A stretch of 64,000 bases of DNA from Myxococcales bacterium (GCA_047601445.1 JASGJH010000001.1:4256001-4320000); one strand, 5' to 3'. Counted from the first letter of the stretch, positions 48,895 to 59,001 are shown. Notes: generated by a model not told the origin, from the sequence alone. Numbers and translations are program-made.

Positions 48895-49661
48895 CGGGCC
48901 TTTTCCAGACGGAAGCCACTGGTGGTGCAGCCCTCTGCGCACGTCGGCGAAGCATCGGGGCCGCGGCTCACGCAGTGTTCGGGGCTCGGACAGTGCACCA
49001 ACCAGAGAGACTCATGCCCTGCGGATGCGTCCAACTCGACCGCTCCCTCCAGCAATTCGTCCTGCAATTTGGGCATTTGCTTCGCGCTGCTGCCATCGAG
49101 GGGCCACGCCGTGTAGCGCTTGCCGTCCGCTTCGATGCCCACCACGCTGACGAAGCCAGACCCGGGCGTGGAGATGGAGAAGCGCAGGCGGTCGCCCGCT
49201 TGGAATCGACTTCCGCTCGAGGCCTCTTCGCTGTGCCCGTCGCGCGCCCTGAATATGCGCAGCTTCAAGCCTCCCTTGAGCCGCGTGGTTTGCACGAGCG
49301 CGGACTCCCCATCGCCGGGTACCGCGACTGGCCGCCAGAGAGCCAACACCGCAGCTGCCGCCACCGCCAAGCCACCGAAACCGCTCATCAGCGCCTTCCA
49401 GCGCCAGCCACGCGCAGCAGCTCGCGGAGCTACCTGCTCCTGGGCGACGATGCGCTGCAACACCGCGCGGCTATCGAGCTCGGGAAAGGCCTGAAATCCA
49501 CGCTGCCGCTCCCGTAGGACCGCCTTGCAGTGCTCACAAGCGTTCAGGTGGGACTCGAGTGCGCGCTTCGCCTCGAAGGAGAGTTCACCCGCGACCAGGC
49601 GGTCGAGCGCCAGGTCGGACGGACAATCGGGAGAGACGCGAACGAACTCCGTGCTCATCAC
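48891..49661 (-). CDS. zinc-finger (zf-HC2) anti-sigma factor with TM and DUF4384-like periplasmic domain
   Basis: HLNACEHC ZAS motif, one TM helix, then RLKGG...GDRLRF motif. Confidence 0.8.
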   Translation of the reverse strand: MMSTEFVRVSPDCPSDLALDRLVAGELSFEAKRALESHLNACEHCKAVLRERQRGFQAFPELDSRAVLQRIVAQEQVAPRAAARGWRWKALMSGFGGLAVAAAAVLALWRPVAVPGDGESALVQTTRLKGGLKLRIFRARDGHSEEASSGSRFQAGDRLRFSISTPGSGFVSVVGIEADGKRYTAWPLDGSSAKQMPKLQDELLEGAVELDASAGHESLWLVHCPSPEHCVSRGPDASPTCAEGCTTSGFRLEKAR

Positions 49662-50224
49662 TCCACCTCGGTGCGCGTCACCGCAGACTGCGGTCGCTCC
49701 TGCTCACGTGTCCCGGACGACGGGCGCTCGCGGCATCCCTGCAATTCTGCCTGCGCCCAGGCCTGAAAGCGCTCGAGCAGGTTTCCCACCGTGCGCCGTG
49801 ACACGCCCAGCAACTCGGCGACCTCATCGTGGGACATACCGTCGACGAACACGTACACCGCCGCCTGACCTTCGCGCTCGTCGGCCCGCGCGAGCAACCC
49901 GCGCATCACGAAGGCGTCGAACATCCCAGTCGTTGCACCGTTCTCGGCGGTGGTTCCGTGAATCTCCATCAGCTCGTCCCGCCGGCGTCGATCCCGCAGC
50001 GTGTTGAGGCAGTAGTTCGTGGTGATCCGATAGAGCCAGGTGGTGGTGGTGCTGCGCTGTTCGAAGTCGTCGGAGCCCCGCATGACGCGGATGAACACTT
50101 CCTGCAGGGCTTCCTGTGCGTCCTCGGGGTTGCCCAGAATGCGCAGCGCTCGGCGATACACCATCGGCCCGTGCTGCTCGTACAGACGCGCGAGCGTGCG
50201 TCCGTCGATCGTCTCGCCCCCCAT
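49658..50224 (-). CDS. ECF RNA polymerase sigma factor
   Basis: DAQEALQEVFIR, WLYRITTNYCL (region 2); GMSHDEVAELLGVSRRTV (region 4); start probably ATG 50224, not 50854. Confidence 0.92.
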   Translation of the reverse strand: MGGETIDGRTLARLYEQHGPMVYRRALRILGNPEDAQEALQEVFIRVMRGSDDFEQRSTTTTWLYRITTNYCLNTLRDRRRRDELMEIHGTTAENGATTGMFDAFVMRGLLARADEREGQAAVYVFVDGMSHDEVAELLGVSRRTVGNLLERFQAWAQAELQGCRERPSSGTREQERPQSAVTRTEVE

Positions 50225-50525
50225 TTCGCGAGATGATAAGGGAGCCAGGTCGGCGGCGAAAGTTGCCGTCAGTGAAACAGCAGGGGCACAGCTCTGAGGC
50301 ACGTAGATTGGACACGTGGCCGAACTCGGCGGGCAAACGTGGCATACCCTTTTTTTTGCTCGCGCGCACATTCCCCCAGCATCTCCCACAGCCCCCCTGC
50401 GCCCTGCGGCCGGACCGCGCAGTGACTTGTGTCGGACAGCGCACCGCCGCGGCGTTTCGAGGCCGATTTCCTCGCGCTCCTGCGCTCGTCGTTGCCCAAT
50501 TGCGCGCGCCACGGGTCGAACCAGC

Positions 50526-51137
50526 ATGGCAAACCCAGAGCGACTCGAGGTCCTTCGCACGTCGGTCACGCAAAAGTGCGCGTTGGCGGCGAACATCGTC
50601 AACGCCCGCCTTGCCCAGCATCGCATCGGCGATCGACGCGCCCCGCGGGTCCTGCAGGTCAGCATGCCAGACGCCCCGAGCAGCCAGGGCGGGCGCACCG
50701 CACGCCAGGCCATCCGGCTGGTGACCACCCACGGACCGCAACTGCCGCTGATGTGCGGTTGGCTGGAAGTTACGCACGAGCGCGCAGAGCTACGGACGTA
50801 CGCCAGCCTGGCGGCGCAACACCGCGACCGCTTCGGGCGCAGCATCACCTGCACACGTGACGACTACAGCGCGCTCATGGGAGCGCTCGAAGAGCTCTTG
50901 TCCGGGATGGGCATCCAAGTGGTCTACGTGGAGCGCAGCGACGCCGACGGGCTGTCAGGAAGCAGCCCTGCTCCGCGCAGTGCGCAGCCGGGCTCGAACG
51001 GAGGACTGGCCGCCGCGGCCGGAATGCTGCTCGTGCTCTCCGGCATCGGCTTCGCATGGTTGCTGGCCGACGTTCCGAATGCGGGTAAGCGGGCCTTGGC
51101 GCAGCCGGTGGCAGCGGCTAACGCCGATGCGCGCTAA
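50526..51137 (+). CDS. hypothetical protein with C-terminal TM helix
   Basis: Coherent ORF from ATG 50526 with GC3 bias; C-terminal hydrophobic segment. Confidence 0.6.
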   Translation: MANPERLEVLRTSVTQKCALAANIVNARLAQHRIGDRRAPRVLQVSMPDAPSSQGGRTARQAIRLVTTHGPQLPLMCGWLEVTHERAELRTYASLAAQHRDRFGRSITCTRDDYSALMGALEELLSGMGIQVVYVERSDADGLSGSSPAPRSAQPGSNGGLAAAAGMLLVLSGIGFAWLLADVPNAGKRALAQPVAAANADAR

Positions 51138-51180
51138 GCGCCCACTCTCGCCGCTCCTCGGCATCCAACGTCTCGGCGGT

Positions 51181-51732
51181 TCAGCCCTTGCGCGCCAGCC
51201 AAGTCAACCGATATTCGCAGTACGGAGCGCCCTGGCGCGTGCAGGAGGCATGCGCCACGGCTGGCATCAATACACCGGTGCGTTCCAGGAGAGAAAGGAG
51301 CAGGCCCTCCTGCAGCACACAGTTGAAAGTCTGCGTGCGCCGCATCACGAGGGAGCTCGCGGATTGCTCGGTGATTTCCCAACCCCGTCCCTTGGGATCT
51401 CGGATCATCGTGCTGGCCGCCCACTTCAACGACTCCATGATGGCCAGCGGCGTGGGCTTCTGCAGCTTCGCGCTCCTCACGATGGTGTCGTAGACGCGCT
51501 GACCGATGGCGCGTCCCGCGCTTCGCACGCTCGCGCTGCCCACGTTCTTCTCGATCCAGTCGCAGATATCATTGTAGCGCTGCATGTCGGTGAATTGCTC
51601 GGGACGCGCAGGATCGAGGTTCGCCGCCATCTCAAAGGCTGGCTTACACAAGCTGCGTACGCGCTCGTATTCCGCGAGAACATCAAACACAAACCCGGAC
51701 ATGAGGGTCACTCCCTCAGTGGACTCGTCCAT
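51181..51732 (-). CDS. stand-alone V4R-like domain protein
   Basis: AGRAIG motif, FNC..EG, and C-terminal HASCTRQGAPYCEY (C-x3-G-x3-C-x-aromatic) typical of V4R domains. Confidence 0.62.
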   Translation of the reverse strand: MDESTEGVTLMSGFVFDVLAEYERVRSLCKPAFEMAANLDPARPEQFTDMQRYNDICDWIEKNVGSASVRSAGRAIGQRVYDTIVRSAKLQKPTPLAIMESLKWAASTMIRDPKGRGWEITEQSASSLVMRRTQTFNCVLQEGLLLSLLERTGVLMPAVAHASCTRQGAPYCEYRLTWLARKG

Positions 51733-51971
51733 TCTTCCCCCCTTTGGTGGAAATACCCTCCGCGAATATTGGACACAAGGTTGAAGTCTTCCTGAGCACT
51801 CCACCTAAGTAAGGCTCCGCCCAGGGTGGCCAGCTCCCGAACGGCATCGCTCACGGACACACTGGCAGGCCCGCAGGCGGACGCTGCATTCTTTTCAGCG
51901 CCCTGGAACGACATGATCCAAGGCCCGTTGCGAGCCCCACGCGTCACGACCCCCCGTGATAGGTTGCAGCC

Positions 51972-53945
51972 ATGGGGGAGGCGGACCGCCAACGGATCGA
52001 GGCCCTTGAGAAGGAGAACGCTGCCATGCGCCTCCGGATCGCGGAGCTGCAGCGCGGGGCCGAGAGGGACGCGCACACCGTTGGAACTACCCTGTTCGAG
52101 CGAGAGGAGCTGCTCCGGGACGCGGAGCGCGTAGCGCACCTGGGGACGTGGACCTGGGACGTGGCCAGCGGTCAGGCCACGTGGTCCGACGAGCTGTATC
52201 GCATTCTCGGTCACGAGCCCGCGAGCGTCGTGCCGTCGCCAGAAGCCTTTCTCGGCCAAGTCCACCACGAGGACCGAGCGATGGTGCAAGCTGAGATGTC
52301 GCGGTCGATGAATACCGGTGTCGCCCGCGCTTCAGCCTTTCGCATCGTGCGACCGGACGGGTCCACGAGGCATGCCACGGGGTCGTCCGTCATGCTGTAC
52401 GATGCAGCAGGGGCGGTCCGGCGCATGGTGGGCGGCGTGCTCGATCGGACCGACAGTCTGGAAGCCGAGGCGAAGATGCGCCGAACGCTCGCATTGCTCG
52501 AGGAAGCACAGCGCTTTGCACACCTGGGCAGCTGGCGCTTCGCTCCGAGCACGGGCGAGCTCGAGTGGTCGCAAGAGTTTTGCCGCATCGCCGGACTCGA
52601 TGACGACGTGAAACCGCGCGTGGAGCAATTCTTCGACCGTCTGGTACCCGAGGATCGACCGCGTTTCGAGGCGAGCTATCGGGCGGCGCATCAGTCCCTT
52701 GTCATCCCCGAGATCGAGGGGCGCCTGAAGCGGCCAGATGGCACGGTGCGACACGTCCGTTTGACGGCTTTTGCGGTGGATGGAGCGGACGGCCGACGCG
52801 AACTGCGCGGCACCATGCTGGATACGACCGACCAGGTCTTGTTGCGGGAAGAGCTCGCCCAGTCGCAGAAGATGGAAGCCGTGGGCAGGTTGGCCGGCGG
52901 CATCGCTCACGACTTCAACAACATGCTCACGGTCATCCTCGCCAACCTCGATCTGTTGGCCATGCGCGTCGGGTCGTCGGTCGAGATCGACAGCTCGCTG
53001 CAGGCCTTGAGTTCGGCGGCCAACCTCACGCGCAGGCTATTGGCCTTCGGTCGCAAGGCGCAGCTTTCTCTCAAGCTGGTGGCTCCGAACGTGCTCGTCC
53101 GCTCGATGACCGCATTGATGCAGCGACTGGTCGGCGACGAGGTCCGGCTCGAGATCGCTCTTGCCCCCGATCTCCCTGAAGTACGCATCGATCCACTCGA
53201 AATGGAGCGAGCGCTGGTCAATCTCGTCGTCAACGCGCGGGATGCCATGCCGGGCGGTGGCGCCGTGTACATCACCACGGGCGCACGCGAGGTCGACGGA
53301 GTACTCGAAGTCGAGCTCATGGTCGGAGACGAGGGACCGGGCATCGACGAGGCCGTTCGTCCGCACATCTTCGAGCCCTTCTTCACCACGCGCAGCGACG
53401 CCGGCGGCACGGGTCTCGGACTCGCCACCGTGCTCGGCACGGCCGAACAGCACGGCGGCACGGTGCGCGTGGCTTCTCGCGCAGGCGGAGGAACCGTCTT
53501 CACCATCGCCCTTCCCGCCGCCGCAGTCGATGACAGGACGGTGGCCCCGAGACGCCCCGGGCGCCGCGCCGACAGCCTGCGCCCGCTCGAGGTTCTCGTC
53601 ATCGACGACGAAGCAAACGTCGCCGCGGTAACGCGGCGAACGCTCGAGGCGCGGGGGCACACGGTGCGCATTGCGACGGATCCGGAAGAAGCACTACACG
53701 TTTGGGCCGAACACGGGACCTCCATCGACCTCATCATCTGCGACATCGTGATGGCCAAGATGCGTGGGCCAGCGCTCGTCGAACGCATGGGCGATGTAGG
53801 CGTCAAGCCGCGCGTACTTTTCATGACGGGTTACAGCGAGGAGGCTGCGCAGCGAGCGCTCGGTCACCCCGTGTTAGCCAAACCCTTCACGGCCCGTGAA
53901 CTGATCGCCGCCATCGGCGAAGCGATCGGAGAGCGCAGCGACTGA
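51972..53945 (+). CDS. cytoplasmic PAS-PAS hybrid histidine kinase
   Basis: Two PAS_3-like domains (AHLGTWTWD, AHLGSWRF), AHDFNN H-box, NLVVNARDA, GTGLGL, receiver ICDIVM. Confidence 0.92.
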   Translation: MGEADRQRIEALEKENAAMRLRIAELQRGAERDAHTVGTTLFEREELLRDAERVAHLGTWTWDVASGQATWSDELYRILGHEPASVVPSPEAFLGQVHHEDRAMVQAEMSRSMNTGVARASAFRIVRPDGSTRHATGSSVMLYDAAGAVRRMVGGVLDRTDSLEAEAKMRRTLALLEEAQRFAHLGSWRFAPSTGELEWSQEFCRIAGLDDDVKPRVEQFFDRLVPEDRPRFEASYRAAHQSLVIPEIEGRLKRPDGTVRHVRLTAFAVDGADGRRELRGTMLDTTDQVLLREELAQSQKMEAVGRLAGGIAHDFNNMLTVILANLDLLAMRVGSSVEIDSSLQALSSAANLTRRLLAFGRKAQLSLKLVAPNVLVRSMTALMQRLVGDEVRLEIALAPDLPEVRIDPLEMERALVNLVVNARDAMPGGGAVYITTGAREVDGVLEVELMVGDEGPGIDEAVRPHIFEPFFTTRSDAGGTGLGLATVLGTAEQHGGTVRVASRAGGGTVFTIALPAAAVDDRTVAPRRPGRRADSLRPLEVLVIDDEANVAAVTRRTLEARGHTVRIATDPEEALHVWAEHGTSIDLIICDIVMAKMRGPALVERMGDVGVKPRVLFMTGYSEEAAQRALGHPVLAKPFTARELIAAIGEAIGERSD

Positions 53946-54130
53946 ACTGCGCGCATCGGGCTCCATGAACCAGGACGCCCGCAGCGATCACCCTGAGCCA
54001 CTAACTCTCGACAACGACAAGATTTACGCCTCATCAACGCCCGACGACATTGCCCCTGCAACGAAGATTCTGCACGCGGCGCAGATCTTTTTGGCGGCCT
54101 CCACGTCGATTGGCGAACGGAGTAATCGGG

Positions 54131-55606
54131 ATGAGCCAGAACGAAGGCACGGGGCACGGGGCACCACCGAAGGCACCGGGTGGACGCCCGGGTGCGATGA
54201 CCATGGCCATGCAGGCCGTGAACACCAAGCCGCTCGGCCCGAAAGTGCTGCGCATCGGGGTGATTCAAGGCGGCAAAATCGTCCAAGAGCGCATCGTCCG
54301 CAAGCGCGAGACCGTGACGGTTGGTAGCTCCGAGCACAATCACTTCGTGCTCAGTGCCGCGGGAGGAGCGCCGCGCTTCGAGCTCTTCCAGCTCATCGGC
54401 AACGACTACATCCTCAATTTCACAGAGTCGATGTCGGGCCGCGTTGGACTGCCGGCGGGCGTTCAGACACTCGAGCAGCTGCGTAGTTCCGGTGCGGCGC
54501 GCAACGCCGGGACGCACTGGCAGGTGAAGCTCAACGACAATTCGCGCGGCAAGGTCGTTATCGGCGATGTGACGCTGCTCTTTCAGTTCGTGACGGCCCC
54601 TCCCGTTCAACCTCGCCCGCAATTGCCGGCCGCGGCACGCGGTGGCCTGGCCAAGAGCGTCGATTGGATGTTCACGGCGTTCGTGCTGTTCTCCTTCATG
54701 GGACACTTCGGCCTGGTGGTGTACTTGGAGAACACCGACTGGCCCCTCGAGCAAGGCCTCGGCGTGATCCCCAAGCAATACATTCCTTTGGTCATGATCG
54801 AAGAGCCCGAACCGGAGAAGGCTCCGACCATCGACGATGGACATACCCAAGACACCGTGGCCGAGCCAACCCCTGCGCCGAGCAAGCCCGTCGAAAAACC
54901 GCGTGGCGAAAGCGACCAGGCCAGGCCCGGCAACCAGAAAGACAGCGCTGGCGACGTCGGCAAGGTTGCCGACCGGATCGCCGAGGAAGCGGGGAATGCT
55001 GCCGAAGCCATGCTGCTCGGTGCGCTGAGCGTAGACCAAGGTGGCGCGCTCAAGAACGTCTTGGCCGGCGGCGCGATCATGGGGAATGCCGCGGATATCT
55101 TGGCCGAGGCGGAGGGCGTGGGCATCGCGAACGGAGCGGCCGGCGCCGTCAAGATGCGCAGCGGCAGCGGCAACGGCGGCAGGGTTGGAGACCTGGGCCG
55201 CCTCGTTTCCGCAGGCGGCAGTGGCACCATCGGAGACGGGAACGGGCCCGTCGAAGGCCCGCTGCGCGGCACCTTCAAGCCCATGACTGGCGACACCATC
55301 GGCGGCAGTGGCGACTTCGACCCCAAGTTCGTGATCGCCATGATCCGGCAGCGACAAGCCGCCATCAAGGCGTGCTACGAGCACCGCTTGCGCGCGAACT
55401 CGGCGCTCGAGGGCAAGCTTGCCGTTCAGTTCACCATCGAAGAATCCGGCACGATCTCCAAGCCGAGCGTGACCGAGAACAGCACCAACGACGCGGAACT
55501 CGCGGCGTGCGTCCTCGGAGTGATCAAGAACTTCCGCTTCAACCCGGGGCCCGCGGGAGGTAGCGTGATGTTCTCCTTCCCCTTCGTGTTCTCGCGGCAG
55601 AACTGA
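54131..55606 (+). CDS. AgmX/PglI-type TonB C-terminal domain protein (gliding-motility Glt-like)
   Basis: N-terminal FHA-like beta domain, single TM with SxxxH (SFMGH), Pro/Gly-rich linker, IKACYE..L...LEGK...FTI...C...FPFVF C-terminal domain. Confidence 0.78.
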   Translation: MSQNEGTGHGAPPKAPGGRPGAMTMAMQAVNTKPLGPKVLRIGVIQGGKIVQERIVRKRETVTVGSSEHNHFVLSAAGGAPRFELFQLIGNDYILNFTESMSGRVGLPAGVQTLEQLRSSGAARNAGTHWQVKLNDNSRGKVVIGDVTLLFQFVTAPPVQPRPQLPAAARGGLAKSVDWMFTAFVLFSFMGHFGLVVYLENTDWPLEQGLGVIPKQYIPLVMIEEPEPEKAPTIDDGHTQDTVAEPTPAPSKPVEKPRGESDQARPGNQKDSAGDVGKVADRIAEEAGNAAEAMLLGALSVDQGGALKNVLAGGAIMGNAADILAEAEGVGIANGAAGAVKMRSGSGNGGRVGDLGRLVSAGGSGTIGDGNGPVEGPLRGTFKPMTGDTIGGSGDFDPKFVIAMIRQRQAAIKACYEHRLRANSALEGKLAVQFTIEESGTISKPSVTENSTNDAELAACVLGVIKNFRFNPGPAGGSVMFSFPFVFSRQN

Positions 55607-55649
55607 CGGGGCGGCAAAAACCACGCGGGCGTGCTAGCGCGCACGTTGT

Positions 55650-56429
55650 ATGTCGAAGAAACGTCGGAGACGGCGGAGGCCCAGCGGACGCTCCGAACTC
55701 ATGGAGATGCGGGAACGCCTCTTGGCGACGAGCTTTCCGCGCATCCAGATGGTCGCCATCCTGATCCTGGCGGGCTTGGGGGCTTTTCTGAGCTCGGCCC
55801 TGCTCCTCCGGCTCGGCTTCGACGGCATGGCATCGCGCTACGCCCTGGCGGCATTGTTTGGTTACCTCGCCTTCCTGGGGCTGGTGCGGCTGTGGATCAG
55901 CTACCAGCAAAGCAGCCTGTCCCTCGACGGACTCGACGTCCCGGATCTAGCGAACATCGAGCTCCCCAACGTCAATCTCGGAGGTCTCGGTGACGGCTCC
56001 GACGCGTTGGCGCGTGCCGCAGATTCGTTCGAAGGCGGAGGCGGCTCGTTCGGAGGAGCTGGCGCGAGTGGCTCCTGGGGCGCACCCGAATCAAGCAGTA
56101 GCTTCGACCTGGACGGCGTGGACTTCGACGAAGCATGGCCCATCGTGCTCGCCGTGGTGGCCTTGCTGGCAGGTGTGGCAGCAGTGGGTTTCGTGATCTG
56201 GTCGTCGCCGATCATGTTCGCCGAGGTGCTGCTCGACGCCGCCGTCGTCGGTGCAGTGTTCAAGCGCGCCCGTCGCCGCGAGCGGCGCCACTGGGTGCAC
56301 GGTGTGTTACGTCGCACGTGGATCCCGGGACTCTTACTGGCCCTGTTCGCCGCCCTCGGCGGGTTCGCCCTCCAGACGGCAGAACCCCAAGCGCGCACGT
56401 TAGGTGAGGTGATTCACGCGAACGAATGA
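55650..56429 (+). CDS. hypothetical membrane protein
   Basis: Several TM segments and internal FEGGGGSFGGAGASGSW Gly-rich motif. Confidence 0.7.
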   Translation: MSKKRRRRRRPSGRSELMEMRERLLATSFPRIQMVAILILAGLGAFLSSALLLRLGFDGMASRYALAALFGYLAFLGLVRLWISYQQSSLSLDGLDVPDLANIELPNVNLGGLGDGSDALARAADSFEGGGGSFGGAGASGSWGAPESSSSFDLDGVDFDEAWPIVLAVVALLAGVAAVGFVIWSSPIMFAEVLLDAAVVGAVFKRARRRERRHWVHGVLRRTWIPGLLLALFAALGGFALQTAEPQARTLGEVIHANE

Positions 56430-56498
56430 CCGATTCATCATCGACGAGCGCGGCTTGTTAAAGAAAGGCACGCTTTGCGCTTGGGGCTCGCGTCCCCC

Positions 56499-57032
56499 TC
56501 ATCGATCCGCGTAGCAGAGCACATCGCGCCCCCCAAACCGCACTCTCTCTGGGCCATCCCATGCCTCAAGTACGTCGTGAAGCCGGTCATAGTTGGACAG
56601 CAGGTCCTCGATACCAAGCGGCTTGAACGGATCCAGCGCAGGATGCTCTACGAGACTGAGGTCCAGGCGATAAGCGATCCCCCTGTGTAGGGTGATGTTT
56701 TCCATGCAATGCGTGTGGAACTCCCCAACACGCTCCAGCGCCAGGGACCGAAGTTCTGCAGGCGGCGTGTCCCCTGGGACGATCATCTCGACCTTGCCCC
56801 CGTCGTTGAGCTCAACGCGCAAGCTCAGCACGTCGGGCTCGCCTGCCCACTCGGCCATTTGGATGACGTCTGCCGACCGTACCATCGGCAGACCGCGCGC
56901 GAACCACAACAGGCGAAGATACGTCCGGTTGAAGAACCACGGCGCCGGAAAGTAGGCGTTCCAGGCTAGGCCAGCCGCTGCGAACAACCCGACCAAGACC
57001 ATACCAGTGCGCTTCTTCCAGTGAGCTACCAT
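56499..57032 (-). CDS. hypothetical protein with N-terminal TM/signal
   Basis: Basic N-terminus plus hydrophobic stretch; fills the gap between convergent genes. Confidence 0.5.
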   Translation of the reverse strand: MVAHWKKRTGMVLVGLFAAAGLAWNAYFPAPWFFNRTYLRLLWFARGLPMVRSADVIQMAEWAGEPDVLSLRVELNDGGKVEMIVPGDTPPAELRSLALERVGEFHTHCMENITLHRGIAYRLDLSLVEHPALDPFKPLGIEDLLSNYDRLHDVLEAWDGPERVRFGGRDVLCYADR

Positions 57033-57274
57033 GTGGATCCCAGTTGTAGCGCGCGGCACGGTAGAACGTTCGCAGCGACGCCTTCGGAAATGACTACGCC
57101 ACCATCCGTGACCGAGATGGCATGAACGGTGGTAGCCCGTCCGAAGCCATGGTCATTTCATACGAATGCGCTGCGCACTCTCTCTCCACCTGTGCATGGA
57201 GTCTGCAAACCGATATAGAGCACCGACCGATCGCGACACGGACTTTCCGTGCCGCGGTGGCATCGAGGAGAACC

Positions 57275-58054
57275 ATGCTCGCCGCCCCCGTCAAAACGCC
57301 GCCGCCGCCGCCGTCGACACCGAGCGATCAAGTCATGGAGATTGCGCGCGTACTCGAGTCCTACGCGCGCCGCTTCGAGCAACAGAGGGATAGCCGGGCC
57401 ATCTTCACGACTGCCTACGTGCACCTGAGTCGGGAGCTGGCCGACGCATTGAAGACCGACACCTTCGACGATCCGGTTTGGATAGCGCAGCTGGCCCAAG
57501 TCTTCGTGCGCTACTACTTCGATGCCATCCATGCCTACGACGGGCACTGCCTGGCCCAGGGGGCCTGGGCCACGGTTTTCCGAGCGCTCGAACAGCGTAG
57601 GACCTCGGTGCTGGAGGATCTCGTGCTGGGCATGACGGCCCACATCGTGAACGACCTGCCACAAGCCCTGTGCGAGGTCGGTATGGTGGGGCCAGATGGC
57701 GTCTCCCGCGTGCGGGACTTTCACACGATGAACGACGTTCTGGGCAGGGCCATCGGCAAGGTGCAGAAAGCGGTCGAGGATCGCTACGACGGCAGCCTCG
57801 GCTTTCTCGACCGGGTGCTCGAGAGCTACGACGAGGTCCTGACGAACTACGGCCTGCGGATTTCTCGCGCGGCCGGCTGGTACAACGCGGTGCGCCTGAT
57901 GGAGAGCGGAGATCGCCAGGCCATCCTGGACTCGCTCAGCCGCAGTCCCGCAATTACCCTGAACAGACTGCTCGAACCACCGGTCTGGTCGCTGCGCCTG
58001 CTGGTCCGGGGCTCGCGTCTGGTCTCGCGTGTCTGTCGCCGCTGGCCCGAATGA
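57275..58054 (+). CDS. DUF5995-family protein
   Basis: GAGGAG RBS; F...Y...S, FDDPVW, FVRYY, W..VF, LGMTAHIVNDL, DF..MN motifs. Confidence 0.75.
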   Translation: MLAAPVKTPPPPPSTPSDQVMEIARVLESYARRFEQQRDSRAIFTTAYVHLSRELADALKTDTFDDPVWIAQLAQVFVRYYFDAIHAYDGHCLAQGAWATVFRALEQRRTSVLEDLVLGMTAHIVNDLPQALCEVGMVGPDGVSRVRDFHTMNDVLGRAIGKVQKAVEDRYDGSLGFLDRVLESYDEVLTNYGLRISRAAGWYNAVRLMESGDRQAILDSLSRSPAITLNRLLEPPVWSLRLLVRGSRLVSRVCRRWPE

Positions 58055-58071
58055 AGGAGCCTGCGCACGGT

Positions 58072-59001
58072 CTAGCCCTGCGACACGAGGTTCGCCTCGG
58101 GACGCCGGCGCTCGCCGCGCGCCAAGTAGGCCGCCAGCTCGGTGCGCGACCCGACTCGAAGCTTTCGGTAAATGCTGGCGAGCTGGTTCGCCACAGTGCG
58201 CTCGGCGACGCCGCGAACCTGAGCGATCTGACGGTAGGTATGGCCTTCGGCAATGTGGATGGCGACGCACAGCTCGCTGGTGGTCAGGAGCTCGGCAGAC
58301 AGCTGATGGGCATCGTTGCGCGCAGCCGAGCTCGTCATCACCAGCAGCCGCCCGTGTTCGTCACAGATGCGCCACGCGTCTCCGGTCAAGTCGCGCCAGA
58401 AGAGCGGCAGCTCGGAGCGGCTGTTCAGTCCGAACTTTGTCAGGACACTGGCGAGCGCGGTCGCAACGCTGGACATACTCACCCCGAGGTCACCGGCAAT
58501 CTCCTTGTTCAGGTTGCCCAACGCCGCCAGTGCGGCGACGTCGCGCTCCTGCGGGGTGAGGCCGCGCGGATCCACGAGGCCGGCGGGGTTGCGGTAGGCG
58601 ACCACGTAGCGTCGCCCGTCCGTGTCGAAGCGGTCCACCAGCGACCAACGCCCCGACAGCAGCGCATCCGTGCCCCCGGGCACGGCCTCCCCTCGGTCGT
58701 CGGCGCTGCGTCGGACCGCCTCCCGCAGGAGCTCGATGGCTTCCGGCTCGCGCGCCATTCCAGCTGCCTTTTGACAGCGCCCGTCGGTCTCGAACACGGC
58801 CTCCGCTGCCTCGCCGTCGAGCGAGCAGGTGTCTACTGCGCGCCGCAAGCGCAGCCCAGCACCGACGTGCACACCCAGCCCCCGAACGACCATCAGATAC
58901 GTGGGCGACCAGCGGATGGTCTGCGCGCTCGGGGCGACCACCATGAGACCGCGATTAACACCGTCGTTGACGCAGAATCCGGCCGCATCCCGCGCGCCCA
59001 T
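58072..59001 (-). CDS. LuxR-family regulator with two HTH domains (C-terminal part; frameshifted upstream)
   Basis: LTPQERDVAALAALGNLNKEIAGDLGVS and LTTSELCVAIHIAEGHTYRQIAQVRGVAERTV; frame is open upstream to ~59100. Confidence 0.82.
   Translation of the reverse strand: MGARDAAGFCVNDGVNRGLMVVAPSAQTIRWSPTYLMVVRGLGVHVGAGLRLRRAVDTCSLDGEAAEAVFETDGRCQKAAGMAREPEAIELLREAVRRSADDRGEAVPGGTDALLSGRWSLVDRFDTDGRRYVVAYRNPAGLVDPRGLTPQERDVAALAALGNLNKEIAGDLGVSMSSVATALASVLTKFGLNSRSELPLFWRDLTGDAWRICDEHGRLLVMTSSAARNDAHQLSAELLTTSELCVAIHIAEGHTYRQIAQVRGVAERTVANQLASIYRKLRVGSRTELAAYLARGERRRPEANLVSQG

Noticed and set aside
50340..50360. TGGCA...TTGCT as a sigma-54 promoter, or T-tract terminator
   Set aside because: GG-GC spacing is 5 bp too long and no hairpin precedes the T run.
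53864..55624. 586-aa minus-strand ORF
   Set aside because: Antisense shadow of the AgmX/PglI-like gene, typical of high-GC codon bias.
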